From an uncultured candidatus Porisulfidus sp. (lineage in GTDB: Bacteria; Pseudomonadota; Gammaproteobacteria; Poriferisulfidales; Oxydemutatoraceae): a stretch of 64,000 nucleotides of DNA. Each line of letters starts with the position of its first letter. Within the stretch, counting starts at the first letter, position 1. The notes under the pieces were generated by a model. The model was not told the DNA's origin. It was given only the letters and a program-made list of their open reading frames with translations, and did not search any database. Made by a program: the position numbers and the translations under genes. This document shows, piece by piece, positions 41,790 through 52,527 of this stretch. The DNA lies in the NCBI GenBank assembly GCA_965215125.1, contig OZ244052.1:2048001-2112000 (forward strand). Reading direction: 5' to 3'.

Positions 41790-42962
41790 ATGCCAACCGA
41801 AGAATTTCATAGAATACAACGGCTACCGCCGTATGTTTTCAATATCGTCAACGAATTGAAGCAAGCCGAACGGGCGCGCGGAGAAGATGTCATAGATTTG
41901 GGCATGGGCAACCCCGACCAACCCGCACCGCAGCATGTGGTCGATAAGCTGATAGAAACCTGTAGCCGCAAAGATACCCATCGTTACTCCATGTCCAGAG
42001 GTATTCCCAGATTACGTGCTGCGATATGCAACTGGTATAAGCGCAAATACGATGTGGTGTTGGATCCCGAAAGCGAAGCAATCGTCACCATAGGTTCCAA
42101 AGACGGCTTGGCACATCTTGCGTTGGCGGTGTTGGGTCCCGGTGATTGCGTGCTGGTGCCTACGCCGGCGTATCCTATACATCCGTACGGCTGTGTGATT
42201 GCCGGTGCCGATGTGCAGTACCTTGCGTTGAGCGATAGTGAGAGTTTCTTCGACGGCTTGCAACAGGCGATACAAAATAGCTGGCCGCGTCCCAAGCTAT
42301 TGCTCCTCAATTTTCCGTGCAACCCGACGACGCAGTGCGTGTCGCTTGATTTTTTTGAAAAAGCGGTGGCAATCGCACGCGAACACGATATGTGGATAAT
42401 CAACGACAACGCATACGCCGAGATCGTCTTTGACGGCTACCGAGCACCTTCTCTACTGCAAGTTCCGGGTGCCACCGATATCGGTGTGGAGTTCTATTCT
42501 TTATCAAAGACATATAATATGCCGGGCTGGCGAGTCGGTTTTATGTGCGGCAACCGCACCCTAGTGCAGGCGTTGGCGAGGATCAAGTCTTATTTGGACT
42601 ATGGTTTGTTCACACCGATACAGGTTGCTGCGATCAGCGCGTTGGAAAGTTCCCAAGCGTGTGTTGCCGAAACCGTGGCACTCTATCAGGGCCGTCGTGA
42701 TGTATTATGCGAAGGTTTGGATAAAATAGGGTGGCACTTTGAAAAACCCAAAGCGACGATGTTTGTCTGGGCACCGGTGCCGGCAGCCTACGCCGACAAA
42801 GGTTCGCTGGAGTTTTCAAAGTTGCTGTTGAAAGAAGCGAAAGTTGCGGTGTCGCCGGGCATCGGTTTCGGCAAGAACGGCGACTCGCATATACGCTTTA
42901 GCCTGATAGAGAATAAACAGCGTATCAGACAAGCGGTTAGAAATATCAAGAGAATATTGTAA
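41790..42962 (+). CDS. alaC: Class I PLP aminotransferase (AlaC-like)
   Basis: [26 protein letters not shown]; precedes hom-thrC. Confidence 0.88.
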   Translation: MPTEEFHRIQRLPPYVFNIVNELKQAERARGEDVIDLGMGNPDQPAPQHVVDKLIETCSRKDTHRYSMSRGIPRLRAAICNWYKRKYDVVLDPESEAIVTIGSKDGLAHLALAVLGPGDCVLVPTPAYPIHPYGCVIAGADVQYLALSDSESFFDGLQQAIQNSWPRPKLLLLNFPCNPTTQCVSLDFFEKAVAIAREHDMWIINDNAYAEIVFDGYRAPSLLQVPGATDIGVEFYSLSKTYNMPGWRVGFMCGNRTLVQALARIKSYLDYGLFTPIQVAAISALESSQACVAETVALYQGRRDVLCEGLDKIGWHFEKPKATMFVWAPVPAAYADKGSLEFSKLLLKEAKVAVSPGIGFGKNGDSHIRFSLIENKQRIRQAVRNIKRIL

Positions 42963-42990
42963 CGAACACGAGACTAAAGAAGCAAAACAA

Positions 42991-44313
42991 ATGAAACAAA
43001 TGAAAATCGGTCTGTTAGGTTTGGGTACCGTCGGTTGTGGCATGATTAAAGTATTGTCTCGCAATGCAGCGGAAATCGCACGTCGCGCCGGATGTCGATT
43101 GGAGGTCGTTGCGGCAACGGCGCGCGACCTGAACAAAGCACGCGCCGTCGATTTATCGGGCATACAGCTGGTTGCCGACCCGATGCAAATTGTGACCGAC
43201 CCGCAGATCGATATAGTCGTAGAACTCATCGGCGGCAACGAACCGGCGTACAGTCTAATCGTCGCAGCGATAGAGTCCGGCAAACATGTGGTGACCGCAA
43301 ATAAGGCATTGATTGCCAATCACGGCAACGAGATATTCAAAGTTGCCGGCGAGCAAGGTGTGATGGTGAGCTACGAGGCGGCGGTTGCCGGCGGTGTGCC
43401 GGTTATCAAAGCGATACGAGAGTCTCTGGCAGCGAACCGCATCCAAAGCATAGTCGGCATTATCAACGGCACCTCTAACTATATACTAACCGAGGTCGGT
43501 GAAAAGCAGCGTAGTTTTACCGAGGCTTTAGCCGATGCACAACGCTTAGGCTACGCCGAGATGGATCCTAGCTTCGATGTCGACGGCATCGACACCGCAC
43601 ACAAGCTGATGATTATGGCGGCGACCGCATTCGGCATCCCGCTACAATTCAATGCGGTACATATAGAAGGTATACGCAACATAGAGGTACAAGATGTTGC
43701 GTATGCCGAAGAGCTAGGCTACAAGATCAAGCACTTGGGCATCGCGAAACGTAATAGCGAGGGCAATCGCGAAGGCATAGAATTGCGCGTCCATCCCACC
43801 CTGATTCCGCTACACTCGATGCTGGCGAATGTCTCGGGTGTGATGAACGCCGTAGTGATAAACAGCGATGCCGCCGGTGCGACTTTATATTATGGTGCCG
43901 GTGCCGGCGGTGAGGCGACCGCCTCGGCGGTGATTGCCGATCTAATCGATGTCAGCCGCGCCCTCAACGCAAACCCCGAACATCGGGTACCGCATCTTGC
44001 TTTTCAGCCCGACGAACTGTCCGACCTGCCGGTGTCGGAAATAGGGCAGACGAAGACGGCGCGTTATTTGCGTCTTCAAGTTGAAGATAAGTCGGGTGTG
44101 TTGGCCAACATCACCCGCATATTGAGCGAATTCGACATCAGTATAGAAGCGGTATTGCAAAAGGATACCGCCACTGCGCACAACCCGCTGGTACCGCTGG
44201 TATTGTTGATTTATCCGGTCAAAGAGTCCGATATCCAAGAGGCGATAACGCAGATGGAGTCGTTACCCGAAGTGACCGATCGCGTCATCAGCTATCGCCT
44301 GGAGGTGAATTGA
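42991..44313 (+). CDS. hom: Homoserine dehydrogenase
   Basis: GLGTVG, VVTANKAL, EAAVAGGVP, GIINGT, C-terminal ACT domain. Confidence 0.97.
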   Translation: MKQMKIGLLGLGTVGCGMIKVLSRNAAEIARRAGCRLEVVAATARDLNKARAVDLSGIQLVADPMQIVTDPQIDIVVELIGGNEPAYSLIVAAIESGKHVVTANKALIANHGNEIFKVAGEQGVMVSYEAAVAGGVPVIKAIRESLAANRIQSIVGIINGTSNYILTEVGEKQRSFTEALADAQRLGYAEMDPSFDVDGIDTAHKLMIMAATAFGIPLQFNAVHIEGIRNIEVQDVAYAEELGYKIKHLGIAKRNSEGNREGIELRVHPTLIPLHSMLANVSGVMNAVVINSDAAGATLYYGAGAGGEATASAVIADLIDVSRALNANPEHRVPHLAFQPDELSDLPVSEIGQTKTARYLRLQVEDKSGVLANITRILSEFDISIEAVLQKDTATAHNPLVPLVLLIYPVKESDIQEAITQMESLPEVTDRVISYRLEVN

Positions 44314-45437
44314 GTTATCCGATGCCGGGACTGATAGAAAAATATAGAGATTGTTTGCCGTTGCCTGCCGATGCCGAGGCAATTTCGTTATGCGAGGGTG
44401 CAACCCCGCTGATTCAACTGCGCAACATTCCCGAACTCTTTGACATAGACCTTGAATTGTATGTCAAATACGAAGGGTTGAACCCCACCGGTTCGTTCAA
44501 GGATAGAGGCATGACCGTTGCCGTTAGCCATGCGGTTTCGGAAAAACAAAAAGCGGTTATCTGCGCATCCACGGGCAACACCTCGGCATCGGCAGCGGCT
44601 TATGCGGCGCGAGCCGGAATGCGTTGCTTCGTGCTGATACCCGAAGGTAAGATCGCTACCGGCAAACTTGCCCAAGCGATGATAGAGGGTGCAACGGTGA
44701 TACAGATCAAAGGAAACTTCGATCAAGGCATGGAACTCGTCAAGCAGATTTCCGAGCAATCCGCCGTTGCCGTCGTTAACTCCATTAACCCGTATCGCTT
44801 GCAAGGTCAAAAGACCGCATCGCTGGAGATTATAGAAGTCCTCGGTGGTGCGCCCGACTACCATTGCTTGCCGGTCGGCAACGCCGGAAATATCTCGGCG
44901 TATTGGATGGGCTACAGCGAAGCGGCAGGGCAAGGCAGTTTCTGCATAAACCAAGCACGCACGGCACTATCCGATCACTATAAATCGGCATCGGTGATTG
45001 CCGCAACACGACCTAAAATGTTAGGCTACCAAGCGCAAGGAGCAGCACCGATCCTCGCCGGATATAAAATAGACAAACCCGAGACCGTTGCAACCGCGAT
45101 CAGAATAGGCAACCCGCAAAGTTGGGAGATGGCAGTCAGTGCGAGCCGAGAATCGCAAGGCTGGTTCGCCGTATGTAGCGACGACGAAATCCTCTCGGCA
45201 CAACGTCTGCTTGCCGAGAAAGAAGGCATCTTTTGCGAACCGGCATCGGCAATCTCTATCGCCGGCTTAATCAAAGACATCGCTGCCGGTAAAATTGAGC
45301 CGGACAGCCGTATCGTCTGTACCTTGACCGGCCACGGACTCAAAGACCCCGACATTGCAATCCACCAATCTGCCACTCGAGCAACGCAAGCCGTAGCCGC
45401 CGAATTCAATTCCATCAGCGAACTCATCAACTTGTAG
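44310..45437 (+). CDS. thrC: Threonine synthase
   Basis: EGLNPTGSFKDRG, CASTGNTSAS, PVGNAGN, LTGHGLKDP. Confidence 0.96.
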   Translation: MSYPMPGLIEKYRDCLPLPADAEAISLCEGATPLIQLRNIPELFDIDLELYVKYEGLNPTGSFKDRGMTVAVSHAVSEKQKAVICASTGNTSASAAAYAARAGMRCFVLIPEGKIATGKLAQAMIEGATVIQIKGNFDQGMELVKQISEQSAVAVVNSINPYRLQGQKTASLEIIEVLGGAPDYHCLPVGNAGNISAYWMGYSEAAGQGSFCINQARTALSDHYKSASVIAATRPKMLGYQAQGAAPILAGYKIDKPETVATAIRIGNPQSWEMAVSASRESQGWFAVCSDDEILSAQRLLAEKEGIFCEPASAISIAGLIKDIAAGKIEPDSRIVCTLTGHGLKDPDIAIHQSATRATQAVAAEFNSISELINL

Positions 45438-45506
45438 GGATAAATTCACCGGATGGTCGTGAGCGTACGGCACGATTTATATATTCACTTATCCAATTTA
45501 CGATAA

Positions 45507-46013
45507 CTACTCGTAGTGAAGGTTTTGCGCTTTGAGAATAAGGTCGCAGACTTGGCGTGCGGCACCGCGTCCACCGTCGGCGGAGGTAATCCAATCGGCT
45601 CGTCGGCGGACCGTTTCATGCCCGTCGGCAGGGGCTAATGCAAGACCTACCGAGTTCATCGCCGGCAAGTCTATAAAATCGTCGCCCATATAAGCAATTT
45701 GTTGCATGGTGATATCCAACATTACTATCAGGGCATCCAGAACCGATTTTTTATCGAGACAGCCTTGAAACACATGCTCCACGCCTAAATCTTTCATTCT
45801 ATTTGCGACAATGGTAGATTTTCGTGCGCTGATTACTGCAACCTCTATGCGGTGGGCTAGCAATAAGCGTATGCCGGTGCCGTCTTTGACATCAAAACTT
45901 CTAGCCTCGCCGCCTTCGCTAATCCATATCAGTCTGCCGTCGGTCAAAACACCGTCCACATCGAATACCACCAGTTTTATTTGCGAGGCTTTTTCTATAA
46001 TTTCTTTATCCAT
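45507..46013 (-). CDS. kdsC: KDO-8-phosphate phosphatase
   Basis: FDVDGVLTDG, F.VKDG.G, YMGDD..D, GGRGA.R; start MDKEI. Confidence 0.92.
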   Translation of the reverse strand: MDKEIIEKASQIKLVVFDVDGVLTDGRLIWISEGGEARSFDVKDGTGIRLLLAHRIEVAVISARKSTIVANRMKDLGVEHVFQGCLDKKSVLDALIVMLDITMQQIAYMGDDFIDLPAMNSVGLALAPADGHETVRRRADWITSADGGRGAARQVCDLILKAQNLHYE

Positions 46014-46134
46014 GGGTTTGCCTTGGTCGGCATAGTGATAAAATAAGTAATCAATCGTAATCGTGTTGAAAGATGTATTATAGACTAATCGCACCGCACT
46101 TAGATAAAATACGAAGCAAAACAAGGAGAAATCT

Positions 46135-46464
46135 ATGGAAATTCAAATATCCGGACAAGGTTTTGATGTTACAAAACCTATAGAAGCGCATATCAACGAA
46201 AAATTAGAGAAAATACGCAAACACTTTGACCATCTGGTGACCGCACATGTTGTACTAAAGATAGAGAAAAATTTTCATATTGCGGAGATAACCGTGCATG
46301 CCAGCCACCATGATTTTTTTGTTCGTGCCAAATCCGGCGATATGTACACAACGGTAGATAGGCTTATTCCCAAGCTCAATCGTCAAATAATTAAGCATAA
46401 GGAAAAATTAAGAGATCACCACTCCAAAGAAGTTGTGCACCACAATATCAAAGCTAAAAGATAG
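46135..46464 (+). CDS. hpf: Ribosome hibernation promoting factor
   Basis: I.ISG.....T......EKL, DMY..VD....KL.RQ..KHKEK. Confidence 0.92.
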   Translation: MEIQISGQGFDVTKPIEAHINEKLEKIRKHFDHLVTAHVVLKIEKNFHIAEITVHASHHDFFVRAKSGDMYTTVDRLIPKLNRQIIKHKEKLRDHHSKEVVHHNIKAKR

Positions 46465-46466
46465 CA

Positions 46467-46916
46467 ATGAATTTTAGCGATTATCTAGATTTGGAACACA
46501 TAAGACTGATAGCCTCGGCAACGAAAAAGAAATCTTTGGTGATATTGTCCGAGATGGCGTGTCAGTCTACACCGCTAGACCCTCATGTCGTATTGACAAG
46601 TTTATTCGAGCGCGAGCAGCTCGGCAGTACCGCAATAGGTAAAGGTGTTGCGATTCCGCACTGTCGCATCGATGGTTTGAGTAATCCGATCGTGTCATTA
46701 TTGCGGGTATCGCAAGGAATAGACTACGAAGCACCCGATGGATTGCCGGTTAAACTCATATTTGCTTTGCTTTTTCCGTCGGATGCAACGCAGCGGCATC
46801 TGGACATCTTGGCGAGCTTGGCAAGTCGTTTTAACGAGATGGCTAATGTGAACGAACTATTGTCGGCAAAAAACGAATCCGATTTGTTGCATCGACTCAA
46901 GATGCCCGCCGCATGA
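46467..46916 (+). CDS. ptsN: PTS EIIA(Ntr)-like protein
   Basis: RE.LGSTAIG.GVAIPHCR. Confidence 0.9.
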   Translation: MNFSDYLDLEHIRLIASATKKKSLVILSEMACQSTPLDPHVVLTSLFEREQLGSTAIGKGVAIPHCRIDGLSNPIVSLLRVSQGIDYEAPDGLPVKLIFALLFPSDATQRHLDILASLASRFNEMANVNELLSAKNESDLLHRLKMPAA

Positions 46917-47857
46917 GTGCCAATATCCCTACGGTCGGTGAATTATTCGACCATCTGAAGGATCAGTTACAGCTACAATGGGTTGCAGGACGAGGGTCTG
47001 CCGATAAGCGTTTTATCAAGCACGGAGAAAACCAGCCCGTTGATATCATAGGTTATTTCAATCCTATACATTCAAGTCAGGTACATATATTGGATAATGC
47101 CGAGATGGCGTACCTAGAGTCGCTCAAGGGTAGCGTGTTGGAAAACGCATTGCATAATTTATTCAGTGAGACCTGTTTGGCGGTACTCGTCAGTAATGCA
47201 CAAAAACCTATGCCGGATATGCAAGTCTTGTCAGACAAACGAAATATTGCTTTGTTTATTTCCTCGCTGGGTGGAGAACCCTTAGTTGACGATTTGCGCT
47301 ATTATTTATCTCGCACACTTGCCGAAAAATTAACCATGCACGGCGTATTCATGGAGGTCATCAGCATCGGTGTATTGCTTACCGGCGATAGCGGGGTAGG
47401 GAAGAGCGAACTTGCGTTGGAATTGATTACCCGAGGACACCGTTTAATAGCCGACGATACGCCGGTATTCACTCGTATCGCACCCGATATCGTACAAGGT
47501 ACCGCCCCGCCGCCGATTCAAGATTTTTTGGAGGTGCGTGGTTTGGGTATTTTGAACATTCGCCAAATGTACGGTAACAGCGCGGTCAAAGAGACTAAAT
47601 ATTTGCGTCAGATTATAGATCTTAAATTTGCCGGCAAAGACTCGAGCGTCAATAAAGATCGCTTAAGAAGCGCACAACGCACGATGAACGTACTCGGTTT
47701 GGAAATCCCGGTTTTTACTCTGCCGGTTGCCCCGGGGCGCAACTTGGCCGTTTTGGTTGAAGCGGCAGCAAGAAATCATATTCTTCGTGTCGGTGGCTAC
47801 TACGCCGAAGAGGAAATCGCCGCCCGCCAGAGAAACTATATGGATGCCGGCCGATGA
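46913..47857 (+). CDS. hprK: HPr kinase/phosphorylase
   Basis: HGVF, G.SGVGKSELALEL..RGHRLIADD, LEVRGLGI, PGRNLA. Confidence 0.96.
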   Translation: MSANIPTVGELFDHLKDQLQLQWVAGRGSADKRFIKHGENQPVDIIGYFNPIHSSQVHILDNAEMAYLESLKGSVLENALHNLFSETCLAVLVSNAQKPMPDMQVLSDKRNIALFISSLGGEPLVDDLRYYLSRTLAEKLTMHGVFMEVISIGVLLTGDSGVGKSELALELITRGHRLIADDTPVFTRIAPDIVQGTAPPPIQDFLEVRGLGILNIRQMYGNSAVKETKYLRQIIDLKFAGKDSSVNKDRLRSAQRTMNVLGLEIPVFTLPVAPGRNLAVLVEAAARNHILRVGGYYAEEEIAARQRNYMDAGR

Positions 47858-48714
47858 GATTCGTTATTGTCAGCGGTCTATCCGGTGCCGGTAAGTCGGT
47901 GACATTACAGACTCTGGAAGACCATAACTTCTATTGCATAGACAACATGCCTTTGGAATTTCTCGACGAACTGACTAAGCGATTGCTTGCCGAGCAAATC
48001 AAACTCGGCGATAGAATCGCAGTCAGCATAGATACCCGTAACCTAATCACCCAATCCACCGATATTAAATTGATACTGGAGCGGTTGGAAAATGCCGGGT
48101 TTGATACAAAACTGATTTTTTTAAGGGCATCCGAAGAGGTATTGGAGCATCGCTATAACGAGACGCGACGGCCGCACCCGTTGTCTATATATGAGAGCAA
48201 GCCGCTGAAAGCATGTATAAAAACCGAGATTAACTTGCTCGACGAGATTGCTTCGTACGCCGGTGTTTGCATAGATAACACGAATATGAACCAATACGGA
48301 CTTCGTGACATCGTTGCCAAGCAACTGGAACTGGATAAAGTGCCGCTGTCCATATTATTAAAATCTTTCGGTTACAAAAAAGGTGTTCCTACAAACTCGG
48401 ACTATATTTTTGATGTGCGTTGTTTGGCAAATCCGTATTGGATACCCGAACTGAGACGGCATTTGGGCACCGATTCGGAAGTGCGAGCTTTTTTAGACAA
48501 GTCGCCTAAAAGCATAGAGTTATTCGACGATATCTTCGCTTTTTTACAAAAATGGATACCGTACTACGAGTCCGATATGCGTTCTTATTTTACGGTGGCC
48601 GTAGGATGTACCGGCGGGCGACATCGCTCGGTGTATATGGTAGAAAAACTCTATCTAAAATTATCCGAGGAGAAACCGGAATACGATATTAATAAAGAGC
48701 ACCGGGACATATAG
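47854..48714 (+). CDS. rapZ: RNase adapter RapZ
   Basis: SGLSGAGKS, SFG.K.G.P, DVRCL.NP, GCTGG.HRS. Confidence 0.95.
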   Translation: MRFVIVSGLSGAGKSVTLQTLEDHNFYCIDNMPLEFLDELTKRLLAEQIKLGDRIAVSIDTRNLITQSTDIKLILERLENAGFDTKLIFLRASEEVLEHRYNETRRPHPLSIYESKPLKACIKTEINLLDEIASYAGVCIDNTNMNQYGLRDIVAKQLELDKVPLSILLKSFGYKKGVPTNSDYIFDVRCLANPYWIPELRRHLGTDSEVRAFLDKSPKSIELFDDIFAFLQKWIPYYESDMRSYFTVAVGCTGGRHRSVYMVEKLYLKLSEEKPEYDINKEHRDI

Positions 48715-48747
48715 CGATGTTTCACTATTCACGGTGCAAATAATACG

Positions 48748-49134
48748 ATGGCAACTTCTATTTTATTGCTTACCCATAACGGTATCGGTGATAGCCTTAT
48801 GGCTACCGCTAAAAGACTGATGCCGTCTTCGTCTACTCGTGTAGGCGTTTATGCGGTGCCGTACGACTGCGTGCCGGAGAACGAGGTTATCGGGTTAAAG
48901 CAATATTGTGCGGAACTGGATCAAGGTTCCGGTGTATTGTTATTAACCGATTTGTACGGAGCAACACCCTCTAATATTGCGATGCAGTTGCAGGATGATG
49001 CGAATAGATGGTTGGTAGGCGGACTCAATCTGGCGATGTTACTCAAAGTGTTGAATTATAGTGATTTGGAGGGTAAAGCACTTGCTCAAAAAGCATACGA
49101 AGGAGGGCGCGACAGCGTGGTAATAACATGGTAA
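48748..49134 (+). CDS. PTS mannose-type EIIA component
   Basis: LLTH, LTDLYGATPSN, GLNLAML. Confidence 0.88.
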   Translation: MATSILLLTHNGIGDSLMATAKRLMPSSSTRVGVYAVPYDCVPENEVIGLKQYCAELDQGSGVLLLTDLYGATPSNIAMQLQDDANRWLVGGLNLAMLLKVLNYSDLEGKALAQKAYEGGRDSVVITW

Positions 49135-49397
49135 AGTTGGAGACCACGATTATCAATAAGCTGGGATTGCATGCCCGCGCGGCGGCGAAGTTTGTTTCGC
49201 TTGCGTCAAGTTTCGCAAGCGATATAAAGATAAGCAAAGACGATCAAACGGTCAACGGCAAGAGTATCATGGGAGTTATTATGTTGGCAGCGGCAAAAGA
49301 TACGCCGTTGTTACTGACCATAGACGGTGAGGACGAAGAAGAAGCGGCAAACGGGCTTTGCGAACTTATAAACGACCGTTTCGGAGAGGAGGAATAA
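49128..49397 (+). CDS. ptsH: Phosphocarrier HPr/NPr
   Basis: NKLGLHARAA, NGKSIMG. Confidence 0.93.
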   Translation: MVKLETTIINKLGLHARAAAKFVSLASSFASDIKISKDDQTVNGKSIMGVIMLAAAKDTPLLLTIDGEDEEEAANGLCELINDRFGEEE

Positions 49398-49399
49398 CC

Positions 49400-51139
49400 A
49401 TGACGATGTTGTTGAACGGTAGCGGGGTGTCCAAAGGCATAGGCATCGGTCCGGTACATCTGTTTGAACACGGTAAAGGCGAAATTACGCATTATAAGAT
49501 AAGCAAAAGTCGGGTACGGTCGGAAATCGCTCGTTTCAATAGAGCGCACAAACTTGCGGTGGCACATTTGAAGAATGTTAGAAAACTGATTCCCGGTGAT
49601 GCACCCGAGGAAATTGCCACATTCATAGACTCGCATTTGCTGATGATAGCCGATGTGCCTCTGAAGCAAGCCCCGATACAGATTATAGAAGAGCAATTAT
49701 GCAATGCCGAGTGGGCCCTTGATATACAAAAGAAAAAGTTGGTTCAAATCTTCGACGCAATGCAAGATAGTTATCTAAAGACCAGACGCAACGATGTAGA
49801 GCATATCATCCGCTTGATACAGACCGCGCTGGAGAAGGACAAAGTTGCCGGCAAAGGCGGTAAGCAAACTCGCGAGAAACAGACGAAGCAGCTCAAAGGT
49901 TATATCATAGTCTCGGACGATTTGGCACCCGCCGACACCATCATGTTCGAGGATCAAAAAATAGGTGGTTTTGTAACCGAATACGGCGGCACAACTTCGC
50001 ACACCGCGATTTTGGCACGTAGCTTGGGTATACCGGCAATCGTCGCCGTTCCGAATGTACGCAACCTACTTTGTGAAAACGAAACCATCATCATAGACGG
50101 TAACACCGGTGCGTTAATTGCCGGTGCCGATAAACAAACGATACAGTCGTATCAGAAAAAAATAAAAGCCGACAAAGCGCATCAAAAGCAGCTGGCGGTA
50201 TTAAAGAACAAACCGACCCGTAGCCGCGACGGTGTCGATATCAAGCTGATGACCAATATAGAGTTGAGCGACGAGGTACGCGCCTTTAAGCATAGCGGTG
50301 CCGAGGGTGTGGGGCTGTATCGCACCGAATTTCTTTATGTAGACCGCTACAAAGAAGTGAGCGAAGAGGAACATTTCACCGCCTATAAAAAGATATTGCG
50401 GGTTGCCGCCGATAGGCCGGTGACGATACGTACTTTAGATTTAGGTGCCGAAAAGGAATTCGATCCGGATTACGAGGGACCGATGGCACCCAACCCGGCT
50501 TTGGGTTTGCGTGCGATCCGTCGTTCGTTGAAAAATCCCGACTTGTTTTTGCAGCAGTTGCGTGCGATATTGCGCGCTTCGGTTTACGGAGAAGTGCGCA
50601 TTTTGATTCCTATGCTTACCAGCATCGACGAGTTGGAACAGATTATGGCACTCTATAAATCGGCGCAACGACAATTAAAGGATAAAAAGAGACGTTTTAA
50701 GCAAAACATCAAAATAGGTGGGATGATAGAAGTACCGGCTGCGGCACTCGCCGCCGAGGCCTTCGCTCGTAAGCTCGATTTCCTATCCATAGGCACGAAC
50801 GATTTGATTCAATACGCGTTGGCGATAGATCGCATAGACGAAGAGGTCAACTACTTGTATAATCCGTTGCATCCCGGTGTACTCAACTTGATATCGATCG
50901 TTTTAGATGCAGGGCGACGATTGAATGTGCCGGTGGCAATGTGCGGAGAGATGGCAGGCGATAGCCGTTATACGACTTTGCTGTTGGCGATGGGATTAAG
51001 AGAATTTAGCGTACACCCGAATAACTTACTGGAAATTAAACAAATTATTATGGACAGCGATGTCGGTAGTCTACAGCGTAAATATCAGCGCATGGGAGCG
51101 CATCCCGACCCGGCGCGCATAGCCGAATTTTGTTCTTAA
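49400..51139 (+). CDS. ptsI: PEP-protein phosphotransferase (enzyme I)
   Basis: GG.TSHTAILAR, GVGLYRTEF, SIGTNDL, CGEMAGD. Confidence 0.96.
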   Translation: MTMLLNGSGVSKGIGIGPVHLFEHGKGEITHYKISKSRVRSEIARFNRAHKLAVAHLKNVRKLIPGDAPEEIATFIDSHLLMIADVPLKQAPIQIIEEQLCNAEWALDIQKKKLVQIFDAMQDSYLKTRRNDVEHIIRLIQTALEKDKVAGKGGKQTREKQTKQLKGYIIVSDDLAPADTIMFEDQKIGGFVTEYGGTTSHTAILARSLGIPAIVAVPNVRNLLCENETIIIDGNTGALIAGADKQTIQSYQKKIKADKAHQKQLAVLKNKPTRSRDGVDIKLMTNIELSDEVRAFKHSGAEGVGLYRTEFLYVDRYKEVSEEEHFTAYKKILRVAADRPVTIRTLDLGAEKEFDPDYEGPMAPNPALGLRAIRRSLKNPDLFLQQLRAILRASVYGEVRILIPMLTSIDELEQIMALYKSAQRQLKDKKRRFKQNIKIGGMIEVPAAALAAEAFARKLDFLSIGTNDLIQYALAIDRIDEEVNYLYNPLHPGVLNLISIVLDAGRRLNVPVAMCGEMAGDSRYTTLLLAMGLREFSVHPNNLLEIKQIIMDSDVGSLQRKYQRMGAHPDPARIAEFCS

Positions 51140-51150
51140 CGAGTACGAGT

Positions 51151-52488
51151 ATGGAAGCGCAAAACACTCCGGAATATCTATCCGAGACACTACGAAGCGG
51201 CAAAGTAGATCAGGTGAGAAGATTATTGCGCAATTTGCATGCCGGTGAAATTGCCAATCTTTTGGAAGCCCTACCTATCCCTGAGCGCCGTATCGTATGG
51301 AAACTGACCGATGTCGCTTTAGAGGGCGATATCTTATTGGAAGTCAGCGAGGATGTGCGCGAAAACCTGATCGGACTGACCCGCGACGACGAATTGCTAC
51401 TTGCAACCGAGGGTATGGAAATAGATGATCTTGCCGACCTGATAGACACCTTGCCCGACACCGTGACCCGACAGCTGTTGGCAGGCATGGATGCACAAAA
51501 TCGCCGGCGTTTGGAACAGGTATTGTCTTACGATGCAGATACTGCAGGGGGGTTAATGAACCCCGATGTTTTGACGCTGCGTACCAATATCACCGTAGAT
51601 GTCGCAACACGCTATATCAAAATGAAAAAAACACTACCGCAACATACCGATAATTTGATCGTCGTCGATTATTCAAACCGCTACTCGGGAGTTGTATCGA
51701 TCGGCGATTTGATCACCTGCGATAAAGATACGCTGATTGCCGATTTGACGAACACCGAAGCAACCGCAATACCCGTTTCGATGCCGGCGAGCGAAGTCGT
51801 TGCGTTGTTTGAAGATAGAGACTTGGTGTCGGCTGCGGTCGTAGATATGGATAACAAAGTCGTCGGTCGCATTACCGTAGACGATGTCCTAGATGTACTG
51901 CGCAAAGAACCTCGGCAGGAGCGTATCGGTTTTGCCGGTGCTTCGGGCGAGGAAGATCTCTATGCGCCGGTTTTAAGTTCGGCTAGAAAACGTGCATCGT
52001 GGTTGGGAGTTAATTTACTCACTGCGTTTATCGCCGCTTGGTTTATCAGCCTGTTTGAAGATACTCTACAGCAAATTATTATACTTGCCGTTCTAGTACC
52101 GGTCGTCGCGAGCATGGGTGGGATAGCCGGTATTCAGACTTTGATGATTACGATACGCGGTCTGGCAACCAAACGTTTAACCGAGGGAAATCCTACCATG
52201 CTGTTGATCAGAGAAGCATCGGTAGGCTCCTTGAACGGTGTAATTTGGGCGATGATCGTCGCGACCATTACGATTTTGTGGGTTGACGATATCGGAGTAG
52301 GCATCATCATCGCCGTAGCGATTATCGTCAACTTGATTTGTGCTGCCGGTGCCGGTGTGATAATCCCCATTGTGTTAAAGAAATTCGGTGTAGACCCGGC
52401 ACTTGCCAGTAGCGTAGTGTTGACGACCATCACCGATATTATAGGTGTCGTAGTTTTTTTGGGATTGGCGACGGTGTTTTTGATATAG
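51151..52488 (+). CDS. mgtE: Magnesium transporter MgtE
   Basis: TAGGLM, CBS pair, SMGG.AG.Q, DPALAS..LTTITD. Confidence 0.95.
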   Translation: MEAQNTPEYLSETLRSGKVDQVRRLLRNLHAGEIANLLEALPIPERRIVWKLTDVALEGDILLEVSEDVRENLIGLTRDDELLLATEGMEIDDLADLIDTLPDTVTRQLLAGMDAQNRRRLEQVLSYDADTAGGLMNPDVLTLRTNITVDVATRYIKMKKTLPQHTDNLIVVDYSNRYSGVVSIGDLITCDKDTLIADLTNTEATAIPVSMPASEVVALFEDRDLVSAAVVDMDNKVVGRITVDDVLDVLRKEPRQERIGFAGASGEEDLYAPVLSSARKRASWLGVNLLTAFIAAWFISLFEDTLQQIIILAVLVPVVASMGGIAGIQTLMITIRGLATKRLTEGNPTMLLIREASVGSLNGVIWAMIVATITILWVDDIGVGIIIAVAIIVNLICAAGAGVIIPIVLKKFGVDPALASSVVLTTITDIIGVVVFLGLATVFLI

Positions 52489-52527
52489 GTTTACCGACGG
52501 CGTGATGCAATTATCCGTTAATATTTC

